Shown: positions 37,084 through 46,331 of the stretch, in pieces | Layout of the letters: each line of letters begins with the position of its first letter | Position numbering within the stretch: position 1 is the first letter of the stretch | Sequence record: SRR20825019_2198 | Length of the DNA: 47,927 bases | Direction: 5' to 3' (one strand) | Notes under the pieces: generated by a model | The model's database searches: none | The model's input: only the letters and a program-made list of their open reading frames with translations | Told to the model about the DNA's origin: nothing | Position numbers and translations under genes: made by a program

Positions 37084-38016
37084 ATGGCAATGATTGAGGA
37101 CGGACAAAATAAAAGTGGCGATGGTGATATCCCGCCACCCTTTGTGCTGAAATCCGCCACCACACCCAACGCTTTTGTTTTTGCTGCACCCCATAGTGGC
37201 CGACATTACCCGATTGGCATAACCAGAGCCACTAACCTTGAGACGCACAATCTTCGCATGTCTGAGGACGCATATGTGGACCGGCTTTTTGCCGCCGCAC
37301 CCGAGTTTGGGGCCAACCTCCTCATCGCGACCCATGCCCGCGCGTATCTGGACCTCAACCGGGCGGAGAACGAGTTGGACCCGGATATGTTCCATCCGCC
37401 ACTTGAAGAAGATGAGCTTGATATCACCCACAGGGTGAAAGCGGGGCTTGGCATTATCCCGAAGCTGATCGCGGAAGGCATGCCGATCTATGACGGCACC
37501 CTGCCCGCGCGCGAGGCCTTGTTCCGCATCAATAATGTGTACCGGCCATATCACGAAAAACTGGCCGACTTATTGGAAACCCGCCGTCGGCAGTTTGGCC
37601 GCGCGGTGTTGATCGATTGCCACTCCATGCCGTCAGAAAACCCGGCGGGCAGGCGGCGCGGACGCAGCACCGGGCCCGACATCGTGCTGGGTGACAACTG
37701 GGGTGCATCCTGTGACCGGGCGCTGACGTCGCTGGCGGAAGAGCTTCTTATTCGGGCGGGCTTCAGTGTGCGCCGCAACGTGCCTTATTCCGGAGGTTTC
37801 TCCACCCAGAATTATGGCAACCCCAATAGCGGCTACCATGCTTTGCAGATCGAGCTCAGCCGCGGCCTTTATATGAATGAAACCACCCTGCAGCCCCTGC
37901 AGTCTTTCCCTGAGGTGGAGAAAAAGCTGAGCTGGTTCGTCAACCACCTCATTGATGCCTACGGCAAGCATCTTGGTCTTCACCAGGACGACGAATTACC
38001 CCGTGCTGCCGAATAA
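37084..38016 (+). CDS. N-formylglutamate amidohydrolase family protein
   Basis: PHSG, ED..VD, RAYLDLNR, YRPYH, DCHSMPS, PYSGG, HALQIE. Confidence 0.88.
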   Translation: MAMIEDGQNKSGDGDIPPPFVLKSATTPNAFVFAAPHSGRHYPIGITRATNLETHNLRMSEDAYVDRLFAAAPEFGANLLIATHARAYLDLNRAENELDPDMFHPPLEEDELDITHRVKAGLGIIPKLIAEGMPIYDGTLPAREALFRINNVYRPYHEKLADLLETRRRQFGRAVLIDCHSMPSENPAGRRRGRSTGPDIVLGDNWGASCDRALTSLAEELLIRAGFSVRRNVPYSGGFSTQNYGNPNSGYHALQIELSRGLYMNETTLQPLQSFPEVEKKLSWFVNHLIDAYGKHLGLHQDDELPRAAE

Positions 38017-38428
38017 TTTGGCCACTCTCTAGCCGCCTGCGATGATCATTTCCCCACCAATTCAAAATAAACTTTAGGCATAGCATTTTTCTGAAGGCTA
38101 TTCATTTTTGAATTGCCTTAAACCCTAAAATTTGGGCTAAACCAGCAACTATATAAAGATGTAGATTCGCTGAAAGCGCTGCTTCTTGACCATTAAAGAA
38201 ATAAAATTTCTTAAGAATAGTAAAAAATTGGCATGTGTTTCAAAAACCTCACTTCACTACAATTTATTTCTGGCCTGTAAGAAAAACGCCTTTTTCCCAA
38301 CTTTTTATTCCAAATCGCTGAAGGCCATTCGTCTTTGTTGGTATCGAGTGCGTTCACCGCTGACCGGGGGGTCTGCGGAAAACAAACTAAACCACACCAA
38401 ACATACACGGAGGGGTTCTGTGGATATT

Positions 38429-41062
38429 ATGAAGAGACTGCTTTTGGGCACGTCCTGCGTTGCAGTGGCGTCAACCCTATCAAGCGGTGCATTTGCTCAG
38501 GAAACACCTGATACCAGCGCGGATTCAATGGCAATCGAAGAGGTTGTTGTTACCGGTTCGCGGCGGGCAGCACGTTCTGCAGCAGATACACCGGCACCTG
38601 TTGACGTTATCAGCGGCGATGACTTCGCCAACCAAGGTAGCGGCGACATGGGCGACCTGCTGCGCACGGTTGTGCCAAGCTACAACGTTAACTCACAGCC
38701 GATCAACGATGCGGCAACGCTGGTTCGTCCTGCGAACTTGCGCGGGCTCGCGCCTGATCAGACACTGGTACTTTTGAACGGCAAGCGTCGCCACCGTGCG
38801 GCTGTTATCAGCTTCCTCGGCAGCGGCGTATCTGATGGCGCACAGGGGCCAGACATTGGCGTGATCCCTGCTATTGCCCTCAAGCGCGTTGAAGTGTTGC
38901 GCGACGGTGCCGCGGCACAATATGGTTCAGACGCTATTGCGGGCGTGATGAACTTTGTGTTGCGCGACGACAGTGAAGGCGGCAGCGTGTCAGCCAAATA
39001 TGGCTCGACCTATGAAGGCGACGGCGACCAGCTCCAGTTTTCAGCCAACGTTGGTCTGCCAGTAACAGACAGCGGCTTTGTAAATTTCTCGGCCGAATGG
39101 CGTCAAGCTGACCCAACCAGCCGCAGCGTACAACGCGCGGATGCGCAAGCGCTGATCGATGCAGGCAACTCGGATGTGCGTGAACCTTATGCACAAGTCT
39201 GGGGTACACCAGAAGTGAACAACGACTGGAAAGCCTTCGTGAACTTCGGTATCGAGACCGGAAACAACTCCGAGATCTATGCTTTCGGTAACTATGCCGA
39301 GCGTGAAGTGATCGGCGGCTTCTACTACCGTAATCCGGACACGCGCTCTGGCGTGAACTCAAACGACGGCGGCGTTACCCGTATCGTTGGTGACATGACA
39401 CCAGACGACGGTATCACCTGCCCAGGTGGCATCAACTTCAACGAAGGTGAAGCCACAACAGGCCAGGTTGTTAACCCTGTGGTTATCGGCTCAGCAGGTG
39501 AAGCGGCGCAACTGGCGGCTATCAATGCAGACCCGAACTGTTTCATCTTCAATGAAATGTTTCCCGGCGGCTTCACACCTAACTTTGGTGGTCGGCTCAA
39601 TGATATCGCTGGTGCAGTGGGCTTCCGCGGCGAGATGGACAGCGGCCTGACATATGACATCAGCATGCATGCTGGTCGTAACCAGGCTGACTTCTTCATC
39701 GACAATACGGTGAACCCTAGCCTTGGTTCAGCAACACCAACACTCTTCGACCTTGGCTCCTACGTTCAGCTTGAGAAAAATTTCAACGCAGACTTCTCCT
39801 ATCCGGTAGAAGTGGGCTTCTACTCACCTCTGAACGTTGCAGTTGGTTTTGAATGGCGTGAAGAGCAGTTTGAAGCTCGTACAGGCCAGCCAGAGTCCTT
39901 CGAGGTTGGTGTGCTTGCGCAGTCCTTCAACCTCACAAACGCAGACGGCGACAATGTGAGCGTTACCCAGGGCTTCGGCATCGGCTCAAACGGCTTCTCG
40001 GGCTTCAGCCCACAAGTTGCCGGCACATGGGACCGTTCCAACATCGCAGGCTATATCGACCTTGAGGCCGATATCACCGAGAACTGGATTTTGGGCGCTG
40101 CGCTCCGCTGGGAAGACTTTTCGGACTTCGGCTCTACAACCAACTTCAAGGTTACATCGCTCTATAAGCTTGGTGATGCATTCCGCCTGCGCGGCTCCGT
40201 CAGCACGGGCTTCCGGGCACCAACACCGGGGCAGCAACAGGTTGTGAACGTTTCAACAGTGTTTGAAACGGTAAACGGCCGCCTGCAACTGGCACAGCGC
40301 GGCACCATCCCGCCAACCAACCCGGTTGCGGCAGAGTTTGGCGCAGACCCGCTTGGGCCTGAAAAAGCAGACTCGTTCACCCTCGGTTTTGTCGCCGATG
40401 TTGGGGACGCGTCACTGACAGTCGATTATTTCAACATCAAACTGTCCGAGCGCATCACCCAGTCTGCAACCATCACACTCTCACAAGCTGATCGGGATGC
40501 TCTTGTAGCTTCCGGTATTGCTTTCGCGGCTGACCTGCAGGCCTTCCGCTTCTTCGTCAACGACTTTGATACAAGAAGCCAGGGCATCGACGTGGTTGCA
40601 ACGCTTCCGCTCAACTTCACGGATGACGGCGCAACAGCGCTTTCCTTCGCGGGTAACTACACCAAAACGGAAGTGATCGACTTCAACCCTGCAACACTTG
40701 ATGCATGTCGTATTCAGCGCCTTGAAGATTCGCTGCCTGCGTATCGCTTCTCGTCCACGCTGACACACAATGCAAGCAAGTGGCGCTTTCTTGCCCGTGC
40801 CAACTATCACGGCAAGTATTTCAGCGCGCACGCAGACAGCTGTGACCTGCCAATCGATGGCGAGGCTGATGTCACACTTGATGCCGAGATCGGCTACAAC
40901 GTGATGGAAGGTTTTGAAATCTCCATTGGTGCCGAAAACGTGTTCGACAACAGCCCAACCCTCAACCCATGGTCAGGTGAGGTCGGCTCCAAATATTCCG
41001 AGCATGCACCATTTGGTGTGAACGGTGGCGCCTATTACGTTCGGGCCCGTTACCAGTTCTAA
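38429..41062 (+). CDS. TonB-dependent receptor
   Basis: MKRLLLG signal peptide, EEVVVTGSRR, LRGLAPDQTLVLLNGKRRH, RVEVLRDGAAAQYGSDAIAGV, C-terminal YQF. Confidence 0.93.
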   Translation: MKRLLLGTSCVAVASTLSSGAFAQETPDTSADSMAIEEVVVTGSRRAARSAADTPAPVDVISGDDFANQGSGDMGDLLRTVVPSYNVNSQPINDAATLVRPANLRGLAPDQTLVLLNGKRRHRAAVISFLGSGVSDGAQGPDIGVIPAIALKRVEVLRDGAAAQYGSDAIAGVMNFVLRDDSEGGSVSAKYGSTYEGDGDQLQFSANVGLPVTDSGFVNFSAEWRQADPTSRSVQRADAQALIDAGNSDVREPYAQVWGTPEVNNDWKAFVNFGIETGNNSEIYAFGNYAEREVIGGFYYRNPDTRSGVNSNDGGVTRIVGDMTPDDGITCPGGINFNEGEATTGQVVNPVVIGSAGEAAQLAAINADPNCFIFNEMFPGGFTPNFGGRLNDIAGAVGFRGEMDSGLTYDISMHAGRNQADFFIDNTVNPSLGSATPTLFDLGSYVQLEKNFNADFSYPVEVGFYSPLNVAVGFEWREEQFEARTGQPESFEVGVLAQSFNLTNADGDNVSVTQGFGIGSNGFSGFSPQVAGTWDRSNIAGYIDLEADITENWILGAALRWEDFSDFGSTTNFKVTSLYKLGDAFRLRGSVSTGFRAPTPGQQQVVNVSTVFETVNGRLQLAQRGTIPPTNPVAAEFGADPLGPEKADSFTLGFVADVGDASLTVDYFNIKLSERITQSATITLSQADRDALVASGIAFAADLQAFRFFVNDFDTRSQGIDVVATLPLNFTDDGATALSFAGNYTKTEVIDFNPATLDACRIQRLEDSLPAYRFSSTLTHNASKWRFLARANYHGKYFSAHADSCDLPIDGEADVTLDAEIGYNVMEGFEISIGAENVFDNSPTLNPWSGEVGSKYSEHAPFGVNGGAYYVRARYQF

Positions 41063-41104
41063 ATCAGGAGCAATTATAAATCAGGTTTCCCATCTGAAAC
41101 CTAT

Positions 41105-41129
41105 CGGGGCGCTTCGGCGCCCCTTTTTT
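41105..41129 (+). terminator. Intrinsic terminator of the TonB receptor gene
   Basis: GGGGCGC-ttcg-GCGCCCC-TTTTTT. Confidence 0.85.
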
Positions 41130-41235
41130 ATGCGTGCATAAAAGCAGGGCAGCAGCCGGACGGAGAGAGCCAAGTGTACAACTCACGGCATAAACTTAGG
41201 AAATATCGGCGGGACAGAATAAACGGGTGAAGCAC

Positions 41236-41316
41236 AAAAAAAGAGGCCACGCTTTCGCGTGGCCCAGGCTCAGGGAGGAAACGCCCACGGAGGGCATTAG
41301 CGGGGCTACCCGCTAC
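41236..41316 (-). ncRNA. mmgR: MmgR/SuhB (alpha-r8) family small RNA
   Basis: About 80 nt: GUAGCGG..CCGCUA, GCCCUCCGUGGGCG, the family decamer UUUCCUCCCU, terminator GGCCACGC-GAAA-GCGUGGCC-UC-U7. Confidence 0.75.
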
Positions 41317-41321
41317 AGAAT

Positions 41322-41350
41322 AAGATAGTTGCTCAGCAACCAAATTCCAA
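41322..41350 (-). promoter_or_regulatory. Sigma70-type promoter of the sRNA
   Basis: TTGGAA-17 bp-TATCTT ending 5 nt before the first hairpin. Confidence 0.6.
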
Positions 41351-41533
41351 GCACAGCCTAGTTCACGAAACCTTGAAAATTCCTTAATGATCCATAAGCT
41401 ACTGATTTTAATCACCTAATTAAATATCGCATTTGAAAAATAATTCTAAGAAAAATTGTGCCGAGTGTTGTCTTAATGCCACATACCCGCAGAATCCCTA
41501 GTCCGACTCACACCAGATTCGTTTTTCAAAAAA

Positions 41534-41562
41534 CAGTCACATCACTGCAATCTAGCTGTCAC
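41534..41562 (+). promoter_or_regulatory. Pho box (three PhoB-type heptamers, 11-bp period)
   Basis: CAGTCAC-atca-CTGCAAT-ctag-CTGTCAC versus consensus CTGTCAT-N4. Confidence 0.7.
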
Positions 41563-41585
41563 CATGCGCGCGCACATTGCGGCCC

Positions 41586-42611
41586 ATGACAAAGCTGATA
41601 GACAACTTGCTTTTTCCTCAGCTCTCCCCCCCCGGAGAGCAGGCTTTATTCCGAGATGGTATGCCTGACCCCAATCTTATACCCGGCCTCAAACCCAGTG
41701 GGCGATCGGCTTCCTCCCAGCCATCGCCCACCTCCCTCCTGCCCGGGGTCGGCGTACAATCTGACAAGAGAAAACAGGCGCGTCATTACCGCGCTATTTT
41801 TATATCGGACACACACCTTGGCACACGTGCTGCGCGAGTAGACCTGCTGCTGGATTTCCTCAAATCCGTAAGCTGCGACAAGCTTATTTTGGTGGGGGAT
41901 ATCATCGACGGCTGGCAACTGAAGCGGAACTGGTATTGGGACACCACCCATAACGACGTAATCCGCCGTGTCCTCAAAATGGCCAAGCACGGCACCGAAG
42001 TGATCTATATCCCCGGCAACCACGACGAAGCTCTCAGGGGTTTTGAAGGGCACAATATGGCCGGGGTCGAACTGGTGCCAGAGATGGTTTATGAAGCCAT
42101 TAACGGCAAGCGCTACTGGGTGCTGCACGGTGACCAGTTTGACGGTGTGGTAAAATACGCCAAATGGCTCGCCCATGTTGGTGACCACGCCTATGTAACG
42201 CTCCTGAAGCTCAACACCGCTGTTAACTGGGTGCGCCGCAAGCTTGGATACAGCTACTGGTCACTGTCCAAATACCTCAAGCACAAGGTCAAGAACGCGG
42301 TTGAATATATCGGCCGGTTCGAAGAAGCCGTGGCAGGTGAAGCCCGCAGGCGTGGTGTGGACGGTGTGATCTGCGGCCACATTCACCAGGCGGAGCGCCG
42401 CTTCTTCGACGATATCGAATATATGAACGACGGTGACTGGGTGGAAAGCTGCACTGCGCTTGTTGAACATGAAGACGGCCGGTTTGAAATTCTTCACTGG
42501 GCAGATGAAGTGGCTGCCCGCGAAGAAAAAAAGACCCAGCGCAAAGAACGCAAAACCAAAACCAAACAGGCAGCGGGCCCGCGCACCCCAACCCCAGTGG
42601 CGGCAGAATAG
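41586..42611 (+). CDS. plcP: PlcP-type phospholipase C (LpxH-like metallophosphoesterase)
   Basis: FISDTHLG, GDIIDGW..KR.WYW, IPGNHDE, HGDQFD, CGHIH, NDGDWVESCTAL; adjacent GT4 and Pho box. The start could be 41661. Confidence 0.8.
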   Translation: MTKLIDNLLFPQLSPPGEQALFRDGMPDPNLIPGLKPSGRSASSQPSPTSLLPGVGVQSDKRKQARHYRAIFISDTHLGTRAARVDLLLDFLKSVSCDKLILVGDIIDGWQLKRNWYWDTTHNDVIRRVLKMAKHGTEVIYIPGNHDEALRGFEGHNMAGVELVPEMVYEAINGKRYWVLHGDQFDGVVKYAKWLAHVGDHAYVTLLKLNTAVNWVRRKLGYSYWSLSKYLKHKVKNAVEYIGRFEEAVAGEARRRGVDGVICGHIHQAERRFFDDIEYMNDGDWVESCTALVEHEDGRFEILHWADEVAAREEKKTQRKERKTKTKQAAGPRTPTPVAAE

Positions 42612-42617
42612 CGCCGC

Positions 42618-43742
42618 ATGCGGGAAGGTCCCTTGAAAATCTGCATCGTAAGCGACGCCTGGCACCCACAGGTGAACGGGGTTGTGCGCACACTTGATAC
42701 GCTCCGCCATCACCTGAAGGCGCGCGGGCACCGGGTTTATATGCTCACGCCCAGAATGTTCAAAACCATGCCCTGCCCCAGCTATCCGGAAATCAGGTTA
42801 AGCCTGAACGCCCGTATGCGCAGCAAGCGCATTCTTGACCGTTGGCAGGTAGATGCTGTGCATATTGCCACCGAAGGGCCGCTTGGCTGGGCCGCCCGGC
42901 GCTGGTGTATCAAGAACGGCCGCAGCTTCACCTCGGCCTACCACACCGCCTTCCCCGAGTATGTTGAGGCGCGTTACCCCGTAAAGGCTGACTGGCTTTA
43001 CCCAATCTTCCGCCGCTTCCACGCAAAAAGCAGCGGTGTGCTGGTTGCAACGTCCACCGTGCGTACGCTTCTACGGTCAAAAGGGTTCACGAACATCATA
43101 CGCTGGACAAGGGGCGTGGACGCCGCCCAGTTCAGCGCAGATGAAGCCGCCCGCGCGGATGCCTTCCCGCCCGCGTTCAAACGCCCTATTCAGCTTTACG
43201 TGGGCCGCGTGGCGGTTGAGAAAAACATCGAAGCTTTCCTCAAAACAGACGTGCCCGGCACAAAAGTTGTGGTGGGTGATGGCCCTGCGCTCAAGAAACT
43301 GCAATCAGACTATCCGGATGTTCGGTTCCTGGGGGCAAAGTTTGGCGCAGAGCTCGCAGCCGCCTACGCTGGCGCTGATGTGTTTGTTTTCCCCAGCAAG
43401 ACAGACACCTTCGGCCTCGTGATGATCGAGGCGCTGGCGTGCGGCACACCGGTCGCCGCCTATCCCGTACAGGGCCCGCTTGATGTGGTGGGCGCAGACG
43501 GCGCCGGCCCGTTTGAAGACTGGCATACACCTATCGCCTGCCTTGATGATGACTTGAGCACAGCAATAAAAGGCGCACTTGGCTGTGACAGAACCTCCTG
43601 TACCGCCTTCGCCCGAAAATATGATTGGGACATCGTAACCGATCAGTTCCTCGACGCGCTCAGCATCACCCCCGACACCGCAATTTACGAGGAAGCCCCG
43701 GCGCGCACTGTTGCAGGCGCAGCTAAAGCGCGCCTGCTATAG
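42618..43742 (+). CDS. agt: GT4 glycosyltransferase, Agt-like (glucuronosyl/glucosyl-DAG synthase)
   Basis: DAWHPQVNGVVRTL, HIATEGPLG, YHTAFPEY, VGRVAVEKN, FPSKTDTFGLV.IEA. Confidence 0.78.
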   Translation: MREGPLKICIVSDAWHPQVNGVVRTLDTLRHHLKARGHRVYMLTPRMFKTMPCPSYPEIRLSLNARMRSKRILDRWQVDAVHIATEGPLGWAARRWCIKNGRSFTSAYHTAFPEYVEARYPVKADWLYPIFRRFHAKSSGVLVATSTVRTLLRSKGFTNIIRWTRGVDAAQFSADEAARADAFPPAFKRPIQLYVGRVAVEKNIEAFLKTDVPGTKVVVGDGPALKKLQSDYPDVRFLGAKFGAELAAAYAGADVFVFPSKTDTFGLVMIEALACGTPVAAYPVQGPLDVVGADGAGPFEDWHTPIACLDDDLSTAIKGALGCDRTSCTAFARKYDWDIVTDQFLDALSITPDTAIYEEAPARTVAGAAKARLL

Positions 43743-43750
43743 AACCCCTT

Positions 43751-44641
43751 TCAAAGAGCATCCGGCCTCGCATCAGGGTTTTCACGTAATGCACCTTCTG
43801 CAATATGATCACGCACATCTTCGGGCGAAAAAGCTTTATATAGGCTCACGATCAAACTGCCATTTACGGCAGATACGAAAAAAATCATTGCGCACAGGAT
43901 CACGATTAAGCCCAAATTGACAGACCCCACATCGATTAACGACAACCCGTGCAGACCCATGCCCAGTAAACCCAACACAAGTAACAACAAGATATAAACA
44001 ACCATGAAGATGCCAAATATGGACAAGTTATGACCTGCCGACATAGCCCAGGCATCGCGGAAGCTACGTTTTGGTGCCATGATAGCTGTTGCTGCTACTG
44101 AAATTAAAAACCGGGTTACCACCATATTTATAACAGCGGTTGCAAGAAAACCTAGAAGAGCGCCAAGCAACGCAAGCCCGGTCCCCACCATCATGTTCTC
44201 TAGAAAAAATGTTATCAATAACAGGAGATTACTCACGCTCCCTAGAATGATTAACCGGAGCAAAACTCGCCAGAACATCTTCGCCACCAACCGACGCATA
44301 GGCCCGGTATATGAAGCGGGGCTTGAGAAAAGAGGCATATGGTATTCGCGCCCCAAGGCGCAGCCCCTTACCCAGTTCACCCAGAAATCTAAAAGCGTAA
44401 ATATTGCAAAGCAGTATAGAAGGATAAACAGAATTAGGCCTGATACTGAATAACCGGAAACACTCGCCTGCTGAAACAAAGTGACCCCAGCAGATACCGT
44501 TAGCACCAAAAACACAAAATGTACGGAGGCGGCTCTTATAAAGGCGCCTAATTCGGAATGAAGCGGAGCGAGCGCTTCACCAACGACCTTTCCAAACGAT
44601 AAGTTTGACCCTGATTGCGATTGTGGTTCAAAGCTTTGCAT
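43751..44641 (-). CDS. Hypothetical multi-pass membrane protein
   Basis: About 6 TM segments, AT-richer than neighbours. Confidence 0.7.
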   Translation of the reverse strand: MQSFEPQSQSGSNLSFGKVVGEALAPLHSELGAFIRAASVHFVFLVLTVSAGVTLFQQASVSGYSVSGLILFILLYCFAIFTLLDFWVNWVRGCALGREYHMPLFSSPASYTGPMRRLVAKMFWRVLLRLIILGSVSNLLLLITFFLENMMVGTGLALLGALLGFLATAVINMVVTRFLISVAATAIMAPKRSFRDAWAMSAGHNLSIFGIFMVVYILLLLVLGLLGMGLHGLSLIDVGSVNLGLIVILCAMIFFVSAVNGSLIVSLYKAFSPEDVRDHIAEGALRENPDARPDAL

Positions 44642-44762
44642 GATCTCCCCCCAATTAAGTGCACAAGCACAAAGGAGTTAACGTCGACAAAACATCATTG
44701 TCAATGTTCTTTATTTGTTCTTATTTGTTGAGGCTGTTGAGCGGGATGCCCGAAAGGCTAAC

Positions 44763-44930
44763 CTACCCTTTGCAGTAGAAATCGAAATGCATCTGCATCA
44801 CGGTGCACGGGTCCTGGGTTTCGCCGTCATCCATCAGAAGTGCGGCGCCAAGGCACAGCGCACCCGCAAGCCACAGCCCCAGCAGGAAGCGGTAGGAAAG
44901 GTCGATCGATCTGTCTGCGTCATAGGTCAT
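44763..44930 (-). CDS. Small 55-aa single-TM protein (not in ORF track)
   Basis: GGAG RBS then MTYDADRSIDLSYRFLLGLWLAGALCLGAALLMDDGETQDPCTVMQMHFDFYCKG*. Confidence 0.6.
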   Translation of the reverse strand: MTYDADRSIDLSYRFLLGLWLAGALCLGAALLMDDGETQDPCTVMQMHFDFYCKG

Positions 44931-45027
44931 AAAAACTCCACTCCTGAGACATCCCCTCTAGCCGCCTTCCTCAACCACAATCAAGACCCGCCGCGACGAA
45001 CTGCACCACGCTTGCGCCAAAGCGCCG

Positions 45028-46077
45028 TTACCGCCGACCTTTCCGCCTGCCGTATTCGAGCGGACGATCTGAGGAAGATGATAGTGCCACTTTGCTAACG
45101 ACCACCGGACCCGTTGGCATCTCAACCGACTTAGGTGGCTCAGGCACTTCACTCATTTTTTCTTCGGCTGGTTGGACAGCGCTTGGAACAGATACCTTCT
45201 CACTGGCAATGCGATCAGCAATTACCCGCAGCGGGTCATCATAATCAGGATGCAACTGGGCATATGCGAGCGCTTGCAAGCCCGATGTCATCCCCACGAA
45301 AAAGACGAGAAAGATACTTTGACATAATCCTGCAAGCAGAGCGACCATCACAAGCGATAATTCCATGCTGATCATCGCGAATAGCCCGGCAAAGAGCGTA
45401 ATGGGTATAATCGTTATGAAATAAACAATACCTGCAGTTATGCCAACGACCAGACGCAGGATCATGGTTGCTGAAGCGATACGCCATCCGTTACCCTTGC
45501 CGAATTGGAACGCGCCCCAAATCGACTGATTATCAAGCCCTGCTGCTTGCGCAGGCAGCACAAGCGCAGCCCGCATGTAAATGGGTAAAAAGAGAATTCC
45601 ACCCGCAAGAAAAATAAACAAAAGCGAGAAGTTGCCCGTCGTCATGACCACAGAGGCCAATGGCCCCAGCGAGCCCAAATACACGAACCACGGCACCATC
45701 AAGGCAAGGCTTTTAACGAGATAACCCCTCAGATTTTCGCCTCGCACTGGCAGGTGCCGTGCAGCTTCATTCAAGGGCAGATAATCAAGTAGAATGAACC
45801 GCTGCCATTTATACTCAAGAACCGCAACGGCCAGACTGGCCACTACCATATTGAGGACGAGAAACACAAGCCAACTAATCGGCCATTCCATGCCCGCACC
45901 GACCCTGAAACCCATGCGGAACGAAGAAATGTCCAGCAGTTCGCCCGCCGCTGTACTGATGATAAACAAAACCACCACCGCCACAAATGGCCACTTTGCG
46001 GCATTCAGAAGTCCATCCAGATTCTTGAAAACAAGGTCAACAGACGCTTCAAGCGTTTCCCCAATTGCAATCTTCAT
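45028..46077 (-). CDS. Hypothetical multi-pass membrane protein
   Basis: MKIAIGETL..., about 6 TM segments, W.R motif, low-complexity C-tail; GGGG RBS. Confidence 0.72.
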   Translation of the reverse strand: MKIAIGETLEASVDLVFKNLDGLLNAAKWPFVAVVVLFIISTAAGELLDISSFRMGFRVGAGMEWPISWLVFLVLNMVVASLAVAVLEYKWQRFILLDYLPLNEAARHLPVRGENLRGYLVKSLALMVPWFVYLGSLGPLASVVMTTGNFSLLFIFLAGGILFLPIYMRAALVLPAQAAGLDNQSIWGAFQFGKGNGWRIASATMILRLVVGITAGIVYFITIIPITLFAGLFAMISMELSLVMVALLAGLCQSIFLVFFVGMTSGLQALAYAQLHPDYDDPLRVIADRIASEKVSVPSAVQPAEEKMSEVPEPPKSVEMPTGPVVVSKVALSSSSDRPLEYGRRKGRR

Positions 46078-46178
46078 AACACCCCCAATAGCGTTCCCTC
46101 TTTGTTCTAATCTTTCCCCAATGCTACGGCAATTGCAACCTTAATTCACGCACGCCCGGCTGCTGACTGCCTTTCTGC

Positions 46179-46207
46179 TTGCCGAATAGCGCAATCGCGC
46201 GTATAAG
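46179..46207 (+). promoter_or_regulatory. Sigma70 promoter of typA with GC-rich discriminator
   Basis: TTGCCG-17-TATAAG followed by GCGCGCG. Confidence 0.6.
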
Positions 46208-46229
46208 GCGCGCGAGTTTTAAAAGTGCC

Positions 46230-46284
46230 AAAGCCCGCGGCCAGAGCGGATCAGATATGATCTCATGGCGAAGGGGCTTTTTTT
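46230..46284 (+). terminator. Terminator-like hairpin in the typA leader
   Basis: AAAGCCC..GCCA..GATC-agatat-GATC..TGGC..GGGCTTT-TTTT. Confidence 0.5.
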
Positions 46285-46331
46285 ATTAGGGCAGCCGGGC
46301 CAGACCCGAAGGCTCCCGCAGGAAATCAGAC

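Noticed and set aside
37084-38016. Histidine utilisation (hut) operon
   Set aside because: Only the amidohydrolase-family gene is present; stand-alone copies are common in alphaproteobacteria
41335-41350. Possible sigma54 promoter TTGGAATTTGGTTGCT for the sRNA
   Set aside because: GG-to-GC spacing is 9 rather than 10; a sigma70 -35/-10 with a 17-bp spacer fits better
44715-45098. Plus-strand 127-aa ORF
   Set aside because: TTG start without an RBS; overlaps the better-supported minus-strand 55-aa ORF and the 45028 gene
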